The notes beneath the pieces were generated by a model. That model did not search any database, had not been told where the DNA came from, and worked only from the letters and a program-made list of their open reading frames with translations. This document shows positions 13,051 through 25,871 of a DNA stretch of 64,000 bases, in pieces. The stretch comes from Haliotis rufescens. Its lineage: Eukaryota. Position 1 is the stretch's first letter; the number at the start of each line of letters is the position of its first letter. The position numbers and the translations under genes were made by a program. Location: positions 44,206,001 through 44,270,000 of the forward strand of contig NW_025964223.1 of assembly GCF_023055435.1 (NCBI RefSeq), written 5' to 3'.

Positions 13051-16000
13051 ATGAGACTGCTCGTGGTGTTCCTCCTGATGGCTTTGATTGTTCTCCCAAC
13101 GGAAGGACTATTCCGTCGTCGTCGCCGCCGCAGATGGCTCCGTATCAGAGGCGGAAAGGTTCTCACTGGAGTTGGCATTGCTGCCAGACTGGGACTGATA
13201 GGAAAGAGAGGTAAGACGACGAATATGTGACGTGCATTTGAACAGTGTTTCCTTAGAACTTATGTGGACTCGCATTCTATGAAATTCCTATTGCTATATC
13301 AACATACATATTGACAATAGTAGTACATCCTGACTTGATAGTATAATTGCAACTTCATTTATTGTTATGAACTACTATTATGAACTACAACTGTATTTGA
13401 AAAGAAAATAGGTCGCAATCTACCAACCATGGCACTGAAGAATGCTTGATTCTGATTGGACAAAACCAGGTATCTAATTGTATTCGAAACCTCAGAATTG
13501 TCTTGCCTTTTCATGCAGAAACCATGGATATGACAACATCGATCTATCGATTGCCTACACATTGATGCACATAACAATGGCTGCCGATAAAGAATTATCG
13601 AACTTGTATACGTTCGATATCAGAAGAACAGGTTACAAAACATGATGAAATAAATTTCAGAAAACACACTTGTTTAGCAAAACACACAAACCACAATATA
13701 TGTCAGGGATACAGAATCGGAGATAGAAGTAAGCAGTCTCTCCGACGGTCTTGGTCGTACAATATTGGCTCTTCTTCAGCTTAAAACGGCGGTAATCAGC
13801 TTTATTTCAGGGTGGTTCCATTGGCAATGAGGTTTCGGCCATATCCATCATTAAAGCATCACGTTAATTGTGAACACTATTACAGGTCTTCTGGGATCAT
13901 GTAATTAGTAAATAGAACTGTCACCAACTATTGTTGAAGTCATGAACAGTAAAGAGTAAAGGTAGAATGTCAATTCAGCCATGTCGAAGTTTGGGGTGAA
14001 GAGTTAGTCATTCTGTTCTGAATGTGTATTATTGATTTCGGGTAGGTATTTCAGCAAACTGGTACATAGGTACACCTTCAAAATAGTTTTAGTGTAGTTT
14101 AATAACGTATATGAGAAACAGGTCAGCCGGATGGAAGATGTCCTTTAGATTTCCAAAAAACGCAAACAATGCAAATATGCAACAGGTGAGGTGAGATGAA
14201 TTGGGATTTAACGTCACGTCCAAGATTATTGCACTTATATAACGACGTGCATGTACGTGTGTGCTGCTTGTACTAGTCCGGACTGATGCCGATTTATAGT
14301 GCTAGCTCACTGAGTGAGTGAGTGAGTTGGGTTTAACGCCGCTTTTAACAGTATTCCAGTTATATCGCGGCGTGTCAGCTTAATGTGGGAGAAAAGCCCG
14401 AAGTGATGCAGGTCTCAGACGTTTACCACTTCGGTGAAACCCACGAGCACGGGTATGGTGCTGACAAACCTAGAAACATAATCGGGGCGAACCGGGATTC
14501 GAACCCACAATCATAGGTTTCTGGCGTGCCCAAGGGACGCAACTCTGTACAGCGAATCGCGGCGCCTTAGACGACTGGGCCACCCGTGCCCCCCTAGCTC
14601 ACTGAGATACCATGCCGCAGTTTAACATGAATACCCGACTCAGACACAGTATACTGACTTCGAGCCGACCAGTCCTTGCTTTATCCCCTTAATGCCGAGC
14701 GCCAGACAGGGGAACAACAAGTACCATCTTTTAACGTCTTTTGGAATGACGCGGCCGGGGATCGAACCCCGAACCTTCCGCTCTCCGGGCGGACGCTCTA
14801 CCTCTTGACCACGGACGCGGATATATATGCAACAGGTTGTGGCGAAGTTAAATATAAATCTATTGAGGTCTTTTTATCAATTCGTGTGGAATTTTTGTTA
14901 CTTTGTAACCATTATTTTGAACTAGTCAAGAATATATAACGCAATCTGTGACTCCTTTTCGGCACGTTCTAAGATAGCTGGCCTGTTGACCCATGACACA
15001 AGTGCGCGTTCACAAAGAGCACCGTTTCGAATAGATACAGATATATCTATTGTGTTTTGAAATTAAAATTAAAGGTTTCTAACTTACAGTTAAGCGACCT
15101 CAAATTTTAAAACACATTAGTTTTATCTCCTTACTGTATCTGCATATTTAGTGGTAAGGGTAACTATTCTGCATTTGGAAAAAGAAATTATAGAATTCAC
15201 TCTACCAGCATTTATCTCCATTTAATTAATCTTAATCATTGTTTTGAGATTTCAACACAAATTGTACTGGCACAAATTCCATAAACGACATTCCTTCATA
15301 CCATTCATACAATGAGGTTTTTTATGTAATCCTGACAACAGGAAAACATATATTATTGATGTGTTTGATGAGACTGTTAAGGACTAAAAACACATTGATC
15401 TGTTACCGAATGTTCTCATGGAAACTGTCACATATATTCCAGATATACAAAATGACCTTGCCACTGCTGATCTGAATGAGGATGGGAACATTGACCAATC
15501 AGAAGTGGAGAATCTGTTCGACAAACGCGATGCGGAACAGATCCTGCAAATGGTTGACATGGATGGTAAGTAAAAAGACAGCAGAAGTATAGTTTTATAC
15601 ATGCCATGTGTGTGAACTCCAATTGTGATTGACGTTAAGAGAAATAAGGACGATTCCTGTTATTCATGACATGATTAGTATGTTTCCAGATCACATAGTC
15701 GCTATGATAATTGTAATTATTTAAGCATTTGGTAATTCTAATGCTGCCAAGTTATGAGTTGGATTATAATGCTGTCTCTTTCATTTATTATAATAATAAG
15801 AGGGCACGGGTGGCCCAGTGGTCTAAGGCGCCGCGATCCTCTGTGCGTCCCTTGGGCACGCAAGAAACCTATGATTGTGGGTTCGAATCCCGTTTCGCCC
15901 CGATTATGTTTCTAGGTTTGTCAACACCATACCCGTGGTCGTGGTTTTCACCGAAGTGATAAACGTCTGAGACCTTCATCACTTCAGGCTTTCCTCCCAC

Positions 16001-16995
16001 ATTAAGCTGACACGCGGCGATATAACTGGAAACCTATTAAAAGCGTCGTTAAACCAAACTCACTCACTCACTCACTATTATAATAATAATGCAATGTTTC
16101 GTCATGATGTGTTTCAGGTGATTCAGTCGTTAATCACGACGAGTTCATCCGAGGAGTGGAAGACCTTTTCTCTCAGGGTGGGTGATCGATTATTGATCGT
16201 TAATCGAATGTTACTCACACTATTGACAGTATCGGTTTACCTCACTCAGATGAACACTACCGAGCTTACTGTCGCTTATTTCCCGATGAACGTCAGTATG
16301 TCGTGTGAATATGAGAGAAACAGAAATAGGGTAATTAGGGAAGGTATCATCACACGGCAATTCCTTTTAGACAGATTGTGCATGTATGGCGCATCATGAT
16401 CCGATCACCGAAATGAAACGTCAATTCAAAGTTACAACAGAGAATGCTTTACCTACTAAAAGAAATGACTAAGCTCCACACTGTTTTGTATTGCATCAGG
16501 GAATCCAACCGCGCCGCCTCAAGTGGTAATCCCCGTCATCTAGCCTTAGTATGACTCAAACACACACCCGAGGTTCAACGTTCATATTGATCCATTTTCA
16601 GCATCAACCGGGTCTGGATTTCAATCTAATTCCAACTTTACCTCGTTAATATAGTTCGATTTAAAAAGATTAGTTTGGTGTTTAAATGTATTGCTTTGTA
16701 ATGAGTTATGTATATCTAGATTTATGCTGTCTGTCAAAATATGGATCGAAGTTGTATTTGTTGACGTTCATGATCAGCTGATGAAGACAATGCCTCCATT
16801 AGAATATTTATCCTGAAGCCCTTCGCGCATCATGGAATTTGCTCACGTGAGGCACTGTCGTCATCATCTGATGACCGTCAATAAATACAACTTCAATTCT
16901 GAATTATGTGCCATATGATATTCCGCCCATGATGATTAGTAAGACTTAGGCATCTCTTTATCACGTGTGCATTTTCTGTTTCAGATGCTGAGTAG
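13051..16995 (+). CDS. Cationic peptide/EF-hand precursor, copy 2; coding exons 13051-13210, 15443-15565, 16118-16177, 16985-16995
   Basis: Same splice sites and frame as copy 1. Protein differs only by S->T (LATAD) and S->N (VVNHDE). AATAAA at 17055-17060. Confidence 0.88.
14185..14820 (-). mobile_element. SINE family B (unit 2 copy, interrupted by a family A SINE)
   Basis: Orthologous to 5491-5822. Confidence 0.88.
14315..14593 (-). mobile_element. SINE family A inserted into a family B SINE, unit 2 only
   Basis: Full length; TSD ctagctcactgag at 14302-14314 and 14594-14606; empty site in units 1 and 3. Confidence 0.93.
15800..16075 (+). mobile_element. SINE family A (unit 2 copy)
   Basis: Duplicate of 6821-7096 with TSD tattataataataa. 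Confidence 0.9.
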
Positions 16996-18808
16996 ATACT
17001 TTCCAACCCAGCGCATTAAGATGATATGATAACGTTATCTTCTTAATGCTTGAAAATAAATAATTGCAGAAAAAAGTCGCTTTTATGTTTTGTATGTCGG
17101 TACATTTAAACTATATAATTATACGTTCCACTCCTATCTCTATGATTTTCCAAATCCAATATGTACTTTCAATTGTTTGTCGTGTTAGACCAGTACAGGA
17201 CATGTTTTCAGGACTGCTGATCGACATTTCTCTCAAGAACACTGCTATTTAGAATAAAATAAACATCAATAAAACATTGACATATTAACTAGTTGCATGA
17301 GTGAGGAAGTGAATTGGTTGATTCCGGAGTCCTATTATGTAAGCCCATGAACAACAGAGTGCAAATTGTAATTCAGGCATAAAAGGAAAATCAACTTGCC
17401 GATGTGAACTTTATGAGCTTGGTCACGACAAATAAATGTCAGAGGCATGCATTTACCAACAAGCAATGATACTTCACGGGTTTGTTTCATTGTGTTGCTT
17501 AATCGCCCGTGAATACATGTACATTTGGCAGCAATTTTGGTGTGATCTCTATTTTTAACTAACGGTTAAGGAGATGCGAGGCTCCGGCGAGAGGGAAACA
17601 TTTCCTGGTGAGGGACATAATCGCCATGTTTCTCGTTTGACGGCGTATGCAACATATTTTATAGCTTCATGGATGTCTGCTCTACATATTATCAAGCAAT
17701 GATAGCAATCGCACAAAATACACCCACGGAGTACGGCTCATCGGACTTTCATGAGTCATAAACGGACTCACCTCAATACTTGCAGCTTGCTACTAGTGCG
17801 TCACTACCACATGCCATAGAGACCGTACGTTGTCACAGGTGATTGATGATCGTAGTGTCCTTTTCAATACATTTGTTCATTTATGGAAATTTAATACATT
17901 TAAAGTAGTTGCTATAAATGTGTTTGCAAATCCGAAAAACAATAATAGCAAATTATCGTCTGGAAAGATCTCATGGTTTCATGTAAATTTTAGTCTGGAC
18001 ACATTTCATGGTTTTATGCAGAATATTCATTAGCTGTGGAGCTTTGGTGGGTAACAAACGCTACATGTTTGAAAATTATTCGAGATTGTTTCTATGGGAA
18101 CACAAGAAATAAAAAAAATGACGTTGCGTTCCAGATAATTGCACGTATATATCGACGCGCATGCACGTGTGTGTGTGGCTGCTTTTCCTAGTCTGGACAA
18201 ATGCCGATTTTATATTGCTTGTTTTAAGCCCTTTAATGCCGAGCGCCAGACAGGATAACAACAAGTACCATATTTTAACGTATTTTGGCATGACACATGA
18301 CATTGAAGTTATTGCTCGGAAAATGATGTGCACTTCGACGCCAACGCCAACGCCAACGCCAACGCCAACCGAGCCAACCCCTTTGTGGGGTTACAAAATT
18401 CTGAACGCTCAACATCTTTCTGTACTATCAAATGCAGTGAATACTCATGTCGAGGTCGTGGACACGTAAAATGATGGGAATTGTGTTGTCCTAAAATAAA
18501 GAATTCCTACCGTAAAGTTGGTAAATGTGAATCATGAACATGAAATTCACTGCGAATTTCGAGATTACAAATAGTTAGAAATGTGTAAGACGAGATAAAT
18601 TCCTTTCCATACAGAGGTATACTGTGTAATATCTGATAATAATAAATATATAATTAATATAATACTTGGTTTTAAGTGCTATAAATTACATTGCACCCTC
18701 TATATCTTAAACTGGTTTCGGTACCAATTCTTAATTATATATTTTACAGTAAAATAAAGACGTTGTTCTCCACAAATTCTGTCTACTTTGTCATCCGTCA
18801 ACTTCTAA

Positions 18809-19685
18809 GAAATGCCTATCAAACAATTCATTCGTTTATACGGCGTGGTATGGGCCGAATTAATCTCACAATGACAATTTCGGGGTGTCTTGCCTACTCG
18901 AAGCGCCTGACCTAATTCGGCTAACGTAGCGATAGACCTTTAACGTGGGCGTTCACGTCTCCAGATCATGTCCAAGATGTGTTCTGTAGGGGGAAAAGGT
19001 CAGGACTCATGGCTGGCCATTGCATGGTGATGTTTTGCGGCTGGAGGAAGCCAGTTACGATACGTGCCCGTTGGGCAAGAGCGTTATCGTCTTGTAAAAC
19101 AAAATGTGGACCAGTATAGAGGGCAAACGGCACAACTATTGGTGCACGTATGTTGTCTCGGTTGTTCTGTCCAGGGACCCGTCCTGGGACAATATGTAAT
19201 GGCGTCCTGACATATCATGAAAGACAAAAAAACCCAACCTTTTGCGTTCGCGTGATTTCGTTCGTCCACGTCTATCCTGAAGGTCCGGAGTGAATCTGGA
19301 CTGATCTGAAAGCATGACACGAGACATTACATTAATTGAACTCTAAGATCATTGGCGTATGGTTGGACTGTGTCTATTTGTTAATGCAGGTACAGGCGGT
19401 CGCGGAATAAGCAATTAATATAAGTAGACGATTTCTAACTCTTGTGGTCTGGCGCAAGTAAATTTGATTGGATGTTTCGGGTCAATTTTTTAACGATCAT
19501 GGACTTGTGTTGTTGACCAAGGGCCCATGTGCAGGGCCGAGCATTGACATTTTGTCTGCAAAAACCTGTTCCAAAGTCTGCAAATCACAGACTAAGACCC
19601 ATTGAACAATGTGGCTACCTCTCGCTGAGTTCTACCAGTTTCAGTAGCACCCAGGCGTCCATCACGTTGTAGACGACGCAAGTGC
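18809..19685 (-). pseudogene. Decayed Tc1/mariner transposase (unit 3 copy)
   Basis: Near-identical to the unit 2 copy (RVMLSDQSRF, QWPAMSPDL). Confidence 0.8.
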
Positions 19686-21413
19686 ATTCCCAATCTGATC
19701 AAAAATACTGCATTACAATAAGAGTATATGACTAACTTTTTACTGCCGATTTAACAAATCTAATAATGCTAATTGCTCAGGACGACGTGATAACCTTCAA
19801 CTGTAGTGTCAAAATCAAGTTGACCCCCTGCTAGTGCACGGATGAATTGCTTGGTCTAATTGCAATGTCTCTGCTGTACACGATTGTGTTGGGGCATTAA
19901 GTTTTGGTTTTGGCAGTCCCTTTTTAAAGCTGAGCTTTCTTTGAGACCGACTATACCATTTATATTTCATGATCGCATAGTTTTGTGGTAGTGTATATTT
20001 CCTGACACGTCTGCGGCAAATAGATAGAGGAAGGACGCTAACAGGTTTTGTGTTCTTTCTTGGTTTAAACATAACATCACAGTGTAGCCTGATTCTATTC
20101 CTTATGGACCTAACACGCTAAATTACACATTTGAATATTGTGGTAAGGGCATTTTGTGGCCTATCATTGTACATATTATCATTTACATATGTCTACCGAC
20201 AATGACAAGAAATACTTTTCTGAGACATTAGCTTCCGCGGTGTTCCTGCTGTTTCTATAAGAGGGGATTTATGGTGATTTTATACATCTGACTGACAAAT
20301 CAAACTCGAGTATTTTCCAAATTCTTGGAAGAATTTTGTTTTAACTACATAAAACTAGAGGAACAGATGTTTACAATGGAGGTATGTCAAATAATCCAAA
20401 GTTCTGAACACAGGACAATGTTAAAAAATTATAAAACCCTCTTTCAAGAATAAAATAAAGAAACTCAGCACTTTTTAATAATCTTGACTCTCTTGAACGC
20501 AGACTGATTACGAGCTATAACATGTTAATGTAGTTGCATTGCGAATAGTGTCATCGTGTATAATACAATGACCAATCGGCTAAGTCTATGTAATGATGGT
20601 TTTACCAACGAGTTTTAAACGTTCATATTAATAAACGGGACTGGTAGAGGTAAATATAAATTGAAGGGAGAAAACATTGTTTTGCCGGCACAAACACATT
20701 ACTCCGTCGTATTTATATATATATCAGCAGCAGCTAGACCTTTGAATATATGCATTCAAATTAGAAATACAAATTAGAAATTTCACAATATACAACCCCA
20801 GCTTTGCTATTGAATTGGTCATGTGACAGACAATCTGAGGTGATAGATCAGTGAACAGATACCTTATATCCTGGTGGACGTATGAAGGTGTGACTCGGAG
20901 TGAATCATAAAGTCCCCTGTCGACACCTAACACACCTCTGACAGGATGTAGTAGGACGTGATTGATGTGCTGACGACAAAACGTGGCTATGTCTGAAGTT
21001 GTCACTGGTTAGTGTAACTGTTGCCATTATTACTTGTCATATACATGTATGTTTTTCAAGGAATTGGATAATTGATTCCCTAAAATACATCTGGATATTT
21101 CATGGTTGATATTTGAGCCTTGACAGATTAGGCATTTCACACAAATTTTGTTTAATAATGTATTTGTTGTCTACAGATAATGTGTTATTTATGGAAAGTA
21201 AACATGAAAATGATAAATACTCGAGTACATGTAATGAAGAGTACATTATAAATACATGACCATAAATAACTGATCCTAATTGATAGTTCTATAATTGTAT
21301 CAATTATACAGTGCTGATTAATCACATATTGGGGTGTCTGATGTGGAGGTGAATATATTATTCATCGTTTATCACATCAAACACCTCAGCTGTGATAGTC
21401 ATCTTCTACCTTC

Positions 21414-21469
21414 TATATAACCCAGTCAGTAATGAGTCTGTGGCATCCGAATTCGAGATTCCCCTGAAG
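21414..21469 (+). promoter_or_regulatory. TATA box and non-coding exon 1 of peptide gene copy 3
   Basis: TATATAA 21414-21420; AAG|GTAAGT donor at 21470. Confidence 0.7.
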
Positions 21470-22030
21470 GTAAGTGAATCTGTAGATTCTATTCAAGCTC
21501 AAACAGTGTTTTGAACGATTCGTCAAAGATTCTGATGAGTAAATATTCTTTCATGAAATTTTTAATTTTGTGTCTATCAATGGCCTTGGGGTTAACAGTG
21601 TCTGATTCAGACCTACAGTAATTGACGTATACAAGTCCCCATTTTTCAAACGGAATGTCTATATGCTTATTTGTTTTTCTCATCTTTCTCTGCTTCTTAA
21701 TTACCGTGTCTAGCAAAAGTAACTGAAAGGAATTTCATTTAAACCAATTCACTTGCCTACAGTTAAATAAATGAACGAATGATTGGTTACATAAAAAAAC
21801 ATTCGCGCTGATATTTATGTTTTGGATTCATAACCAGCTCAACAATGAAAAGAGGCTATTTTTCTGTCCATCCTTTCGCCAGCCCAAAGAAAGTGCTGTC
21901 ATAGTTTTCACAACACTGTGATTAGTGTTCCAATGCAGATCCACAGGTTTTCGTGCAATTTGTCTAGGGACTCCCATGTTATTAAATAGTGAATGCTATA
22001 CATCACCAGATGTTTACTTCATTTGACCAG

Positions 22031-25000
22031 ATGAGGCTGCTCGTGGTGTTCCTCCTGATGGCTTTGATTGTTCTCCCAACGGAAGGATTATTCCGTCGTC
22101 GTCGCCGCCGCAGATGGCTCCGTATCAGAGGCGGAAAGGTTCTCACTGGAGTTGGCATTGCTGCCAGACTGGGACTGATAGGAAAGAGAGGTAAGACGAC
22201 GAATATGTGACGTGCATTTGAACAGTGTTTCCTTAGAATTTATGTGGACTCGCATTCTATGAAATTCCTATTGCTATATCAACATACATATTGACAATAG
22301 TAGTACATCCTGACTTGATAGGATAATTGCAACCTCATTTATTGTTATGAACTACTATTATGAACTACAACTGTATTTGAAAAGAAAATAGGTCGCAATC
22401 TACCAACCATGGCACTGAAAAATGCTTGATTCTGATTGGACAAAATCAGGTATCTAATTGTATTCGATACCTCAGAATTGTCTTGCCTTTTCACGCAGAA
22501 ACCTTGCATATGACAACATCGATCTATCGATTGCCTACACATTGATGCACATAACAATGGCTGCCGATAAAGAATTATCGAACTTGTATACGTTCGATAT
22601 CAGAAGAACAGCTTACAAAACATGATGAAATAAATTTCAGAAAACACACTTGTTAAGCAAAACACACAAACCACAATATATGTCAGGGATACAGAATCGG
22701 AGATAAAAGTAAGCAGTCTCTCCGACGGTCTTGGTCGTACAATACTGGCTCGTCTTCAGCTTAAAACGGCGGTTATCAGCTTTATTTCAGGGTGGTTCCA
22801 ATGGCAATGAGGTTTCGGCCATATCCATCGTTAAAGCATCACGTTAATTGTGAACACTATTAAAGGTCCTCTGGGTTCATGTAATTAGTAAATAGAACTG
22901 TCACCAACTATTGTTGAAGTCATGAACAGTAAAGAGTAAAGGTAGAATGTCAATTCAGCCATGTCGAAGTTTGGGGTGAAGAGTTAGTCATTCTGTTCTA
23001 AATGTGTATTATTGATTTCGGGTAGGTATTTCAGCAAACTGGTACATAGGTACACCTTCAAAATAGTTTTCGTGTAGTTTAATAACGTATATGAGAAACA
23101 GGTCAGCCAGATGGAAGATGTCCTTTTGATTTCCAAAAAACGCAAACAATGCAAATATGCAACAGGTGAGGTGAGGTGAATTGGGATTTAACGTCACGTC
23201 CAAGATTATTGCACTTATATAACGACGTGCATGTACGTGTATGCTGCTTGTACTAGTCCGGACTGATGCCGATTTATAGTGCTAGCTCACTGAGATACCA
23301 TGCCGCAGTTTAACATGAATACCCGACTCAGACACAGTATACTGACTTCGAGCCGACCAGTCCTTGCTTTATCCCCTTAATGCCGAGGACCAGACAGGGG
23401 AACAACAAGTACCATCTTTTAACATCTTTTGGTATGACGCGGCCTGGGATCGAACCCCGAACCTTCCGCTCTCCGGGCGGACGCTCTACCACTAGATCAC
23501 GGACGCGGTGCAAATATGCAACAGGTTGCGGCGAAGTTAAATATATATCTTTGGAGGTCTTTTAATCAATTCATGTGAAATTGTTGTTACTTTGTAACCA
23601 TTATTTTGAACTAGTCAAGAATATATAACGCAACCTATGACTCCTTTTTGGCACGTTCTAAGACAGCTGGCCTGTTGACCCATGACACAAGTGTGCATTC
23701 ACAAAGAGCACCGTTTTGAAATTGCTCTTGTCGTCTTGGAAGATTCAGATATACCTATTGTGTTTTGAAATTAAAATTAAAGGTTTGTAATCTACAGTTA
23801 AACTACCTCAAATTTTAAAACACATTAGTTTTATCTCCTAACTGTATCTGCATATTTAGTGGTAAGGGTTACTATTCTGCATTTGGAAAAAGAAATAGAA
23901 TTCACTTTACCAGCATGTATCTTAAATATCTGTATCATTGTTTTGAGATTTCAACACAAATTGTACTGCAACAAATTCCATAAACGACATTCCTTCATAC
24001 CATTCATGCAATGAGTTTTTTATGTAATCCCGAGAACAGGAAAACATGTGTTATTTATGTGTTTGATGAGACTGTTAAGGACTAAAAACACATTGATCTG
24101 TTAGCGAATGTTCTCATGGAAACTGTCACATATATTCCAGATATACAAAATGACCTTGCCACTGTTGATCTGAATGAGGATGGGAACATTGACCAATCAG
24201 AAGTTGAGAACCTATTCGACAAACGCGATGCGGAACAAATCCTGCAAATGGTTGACATGGACGGTAAGTACAAAGACAGCAGAGGTATAGTTTATACATG
24301 CCATGTGTATGATTTCCAATTGTGATTGACGTAAAGAGAAATAAGGACGATTCCTGTTATCATGACATGACCAGTATGTATCCAGATCACATAGTCGCCA
24401 TGACAATTGTAATCATTTAAGCTTTTGGTTATTCTAAAGCTGCAAAGTTATGAGTTGGATTATAAGGCTGGTCTCTTTCATTTATTATAATAATAAGAGG
24501 GCACGGGTGGCCAAGTCGTCTAAGGCGCCGCGATCAGCTGTGCGTCCCTTGGGCACGCCAGAAACCTATGATTGTGGGTTCGAATCCCGTTTCGCCCCGA
24601 TTATGTTTCTAGGTTTGTCAACAACATACCCGTGCTCGTGCGTTTAACCGAAGTGGTAAACGTCTGAGACCTGCATCAGTTCAGGCTTTCCTCCCACGTT
24701 AAGCTGACACGCCGCGATATTACTGGAAAACTGTTAAAAGCGGCGTTAAACCAAACTCACTCATAATAACGCGATGTTTCGTCATGATGTGTTTCAGGTG
24801 ATTCAGTCGTTAGTCACGATGAGTTCATCCGAGGAGTGGAAGACCTTTTCTCTCAGGGTGGGTGATCAATAATTGATCGTTAATCGAATGCAACTCACAA
24901 TATTGACAGTATCGGTTTATCTCACTCAGATGAACACTACCATGCTAACTCTCACTCATTTCCCGATGAACGTCAGTATGTCGTGTGAATATGAGAGAAA

Positions 25001-25672
25001 CAGAAATAGGGTAATTAGGGAAGGTATCATCACACGGCAATTCCTTTTAGACAGATTGTGCATGTATGGCGCGTCACCGAAATGAAATTTCCATTCGAAG
25101 TTATAACAGAGAATGCTCTACTTACTAAAAGAAATGACTAAGCTCCACACTGTTTTGTATTGCATCAGGAAATCCAACCGCGCCGCCTCAAGTGGTAATC
25201 CCCGTCATCTAGCCTTAGTATGACTCAAACACACACCCGGGGATCACATAACTTTCATATTAATCTATTTTCAGCATCAACCGGGTCTGGATTTCAATCC
25301 AATTCCAACTTTACCTCGTTAATATATTTCGATTTTTAAAAGATTAGTTTTGAGTTTAAATGTATTGCTTTGTAATGAATTATGTATATATAGATTTATG
25401 CTGTCTTTCAAAATAAGGATCGAAGTTGTATTTGTTGACTTTCATCAGTACTGTTGATGAAGACAGTGCCTCCATGAAAATATTTATCCTGAAGCCCTTC
25501 GCGCATCATGGAATTTGCTCACGTGAGGCACTGTCGTTATCACTTGATGACCATCAATAAATACAACTTCAATTCTGAATTATGTGCCATATGTTATTCC
25601 TCCCATGATGATTAGTAAGACTTAGGCATCTCTTTATCACGTGTGCTTTTTTTGGTTTCAGATGCTGAGTAG
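22031..25672 (+). CDS. Cationic peptide/EF-hand precursor, copy 3; coding exons 22031-22190, 24141-24263, 24798-24857, 25662-25672
   Basis: Same splice sites and frame (LATVD variant). The acceptor, GAT-GCT-GAG-TAG and AATAAA (25719-25724) are conserved although the flanking 3' UTR has diverged. Confidence 0.88.
23165..23509 (-). mobile_element. SINE family B (unit 3 copy)
   Basis: Orthologous to 5491-5822. Confidence 0.88.
24497..24763 (+). mobile_element. SINE family A (unit 3 copy)
   Basis: Orthologous to 6821-7096. Confidence 0.9.
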
Positions 25673-25770
25673 ATACCTTCAAAACAAGGCATTAAGATGA
25701 TGTAATATGATGCTTGAAAATAAAAAATAGCAGAGCAAAGTCGTTTGTATTTGTATGTCCGTACATTTAA

Positions 25771-25871
25771 TCATCTTCCCTAGGCAAGGGAGTTAACTAA
25801 CTATGAAAGTCCAGTTCCAATGTGAAAACTGGATTGTTCAGTCTGTTAACTCCCTTGCCTCGGGAAGATGA
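25771..25871. mobile_element. 101 bp MITE with 27-bp TIRs and 7-bp TSD (catttaa)
   Basis: tcatcttccctaggcaagggagttaac ... gttaactcccttgcctcgggaagatga (1 mismatch); empty site gtacatttaa in units 1 and 2. Confidence 0.85.
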
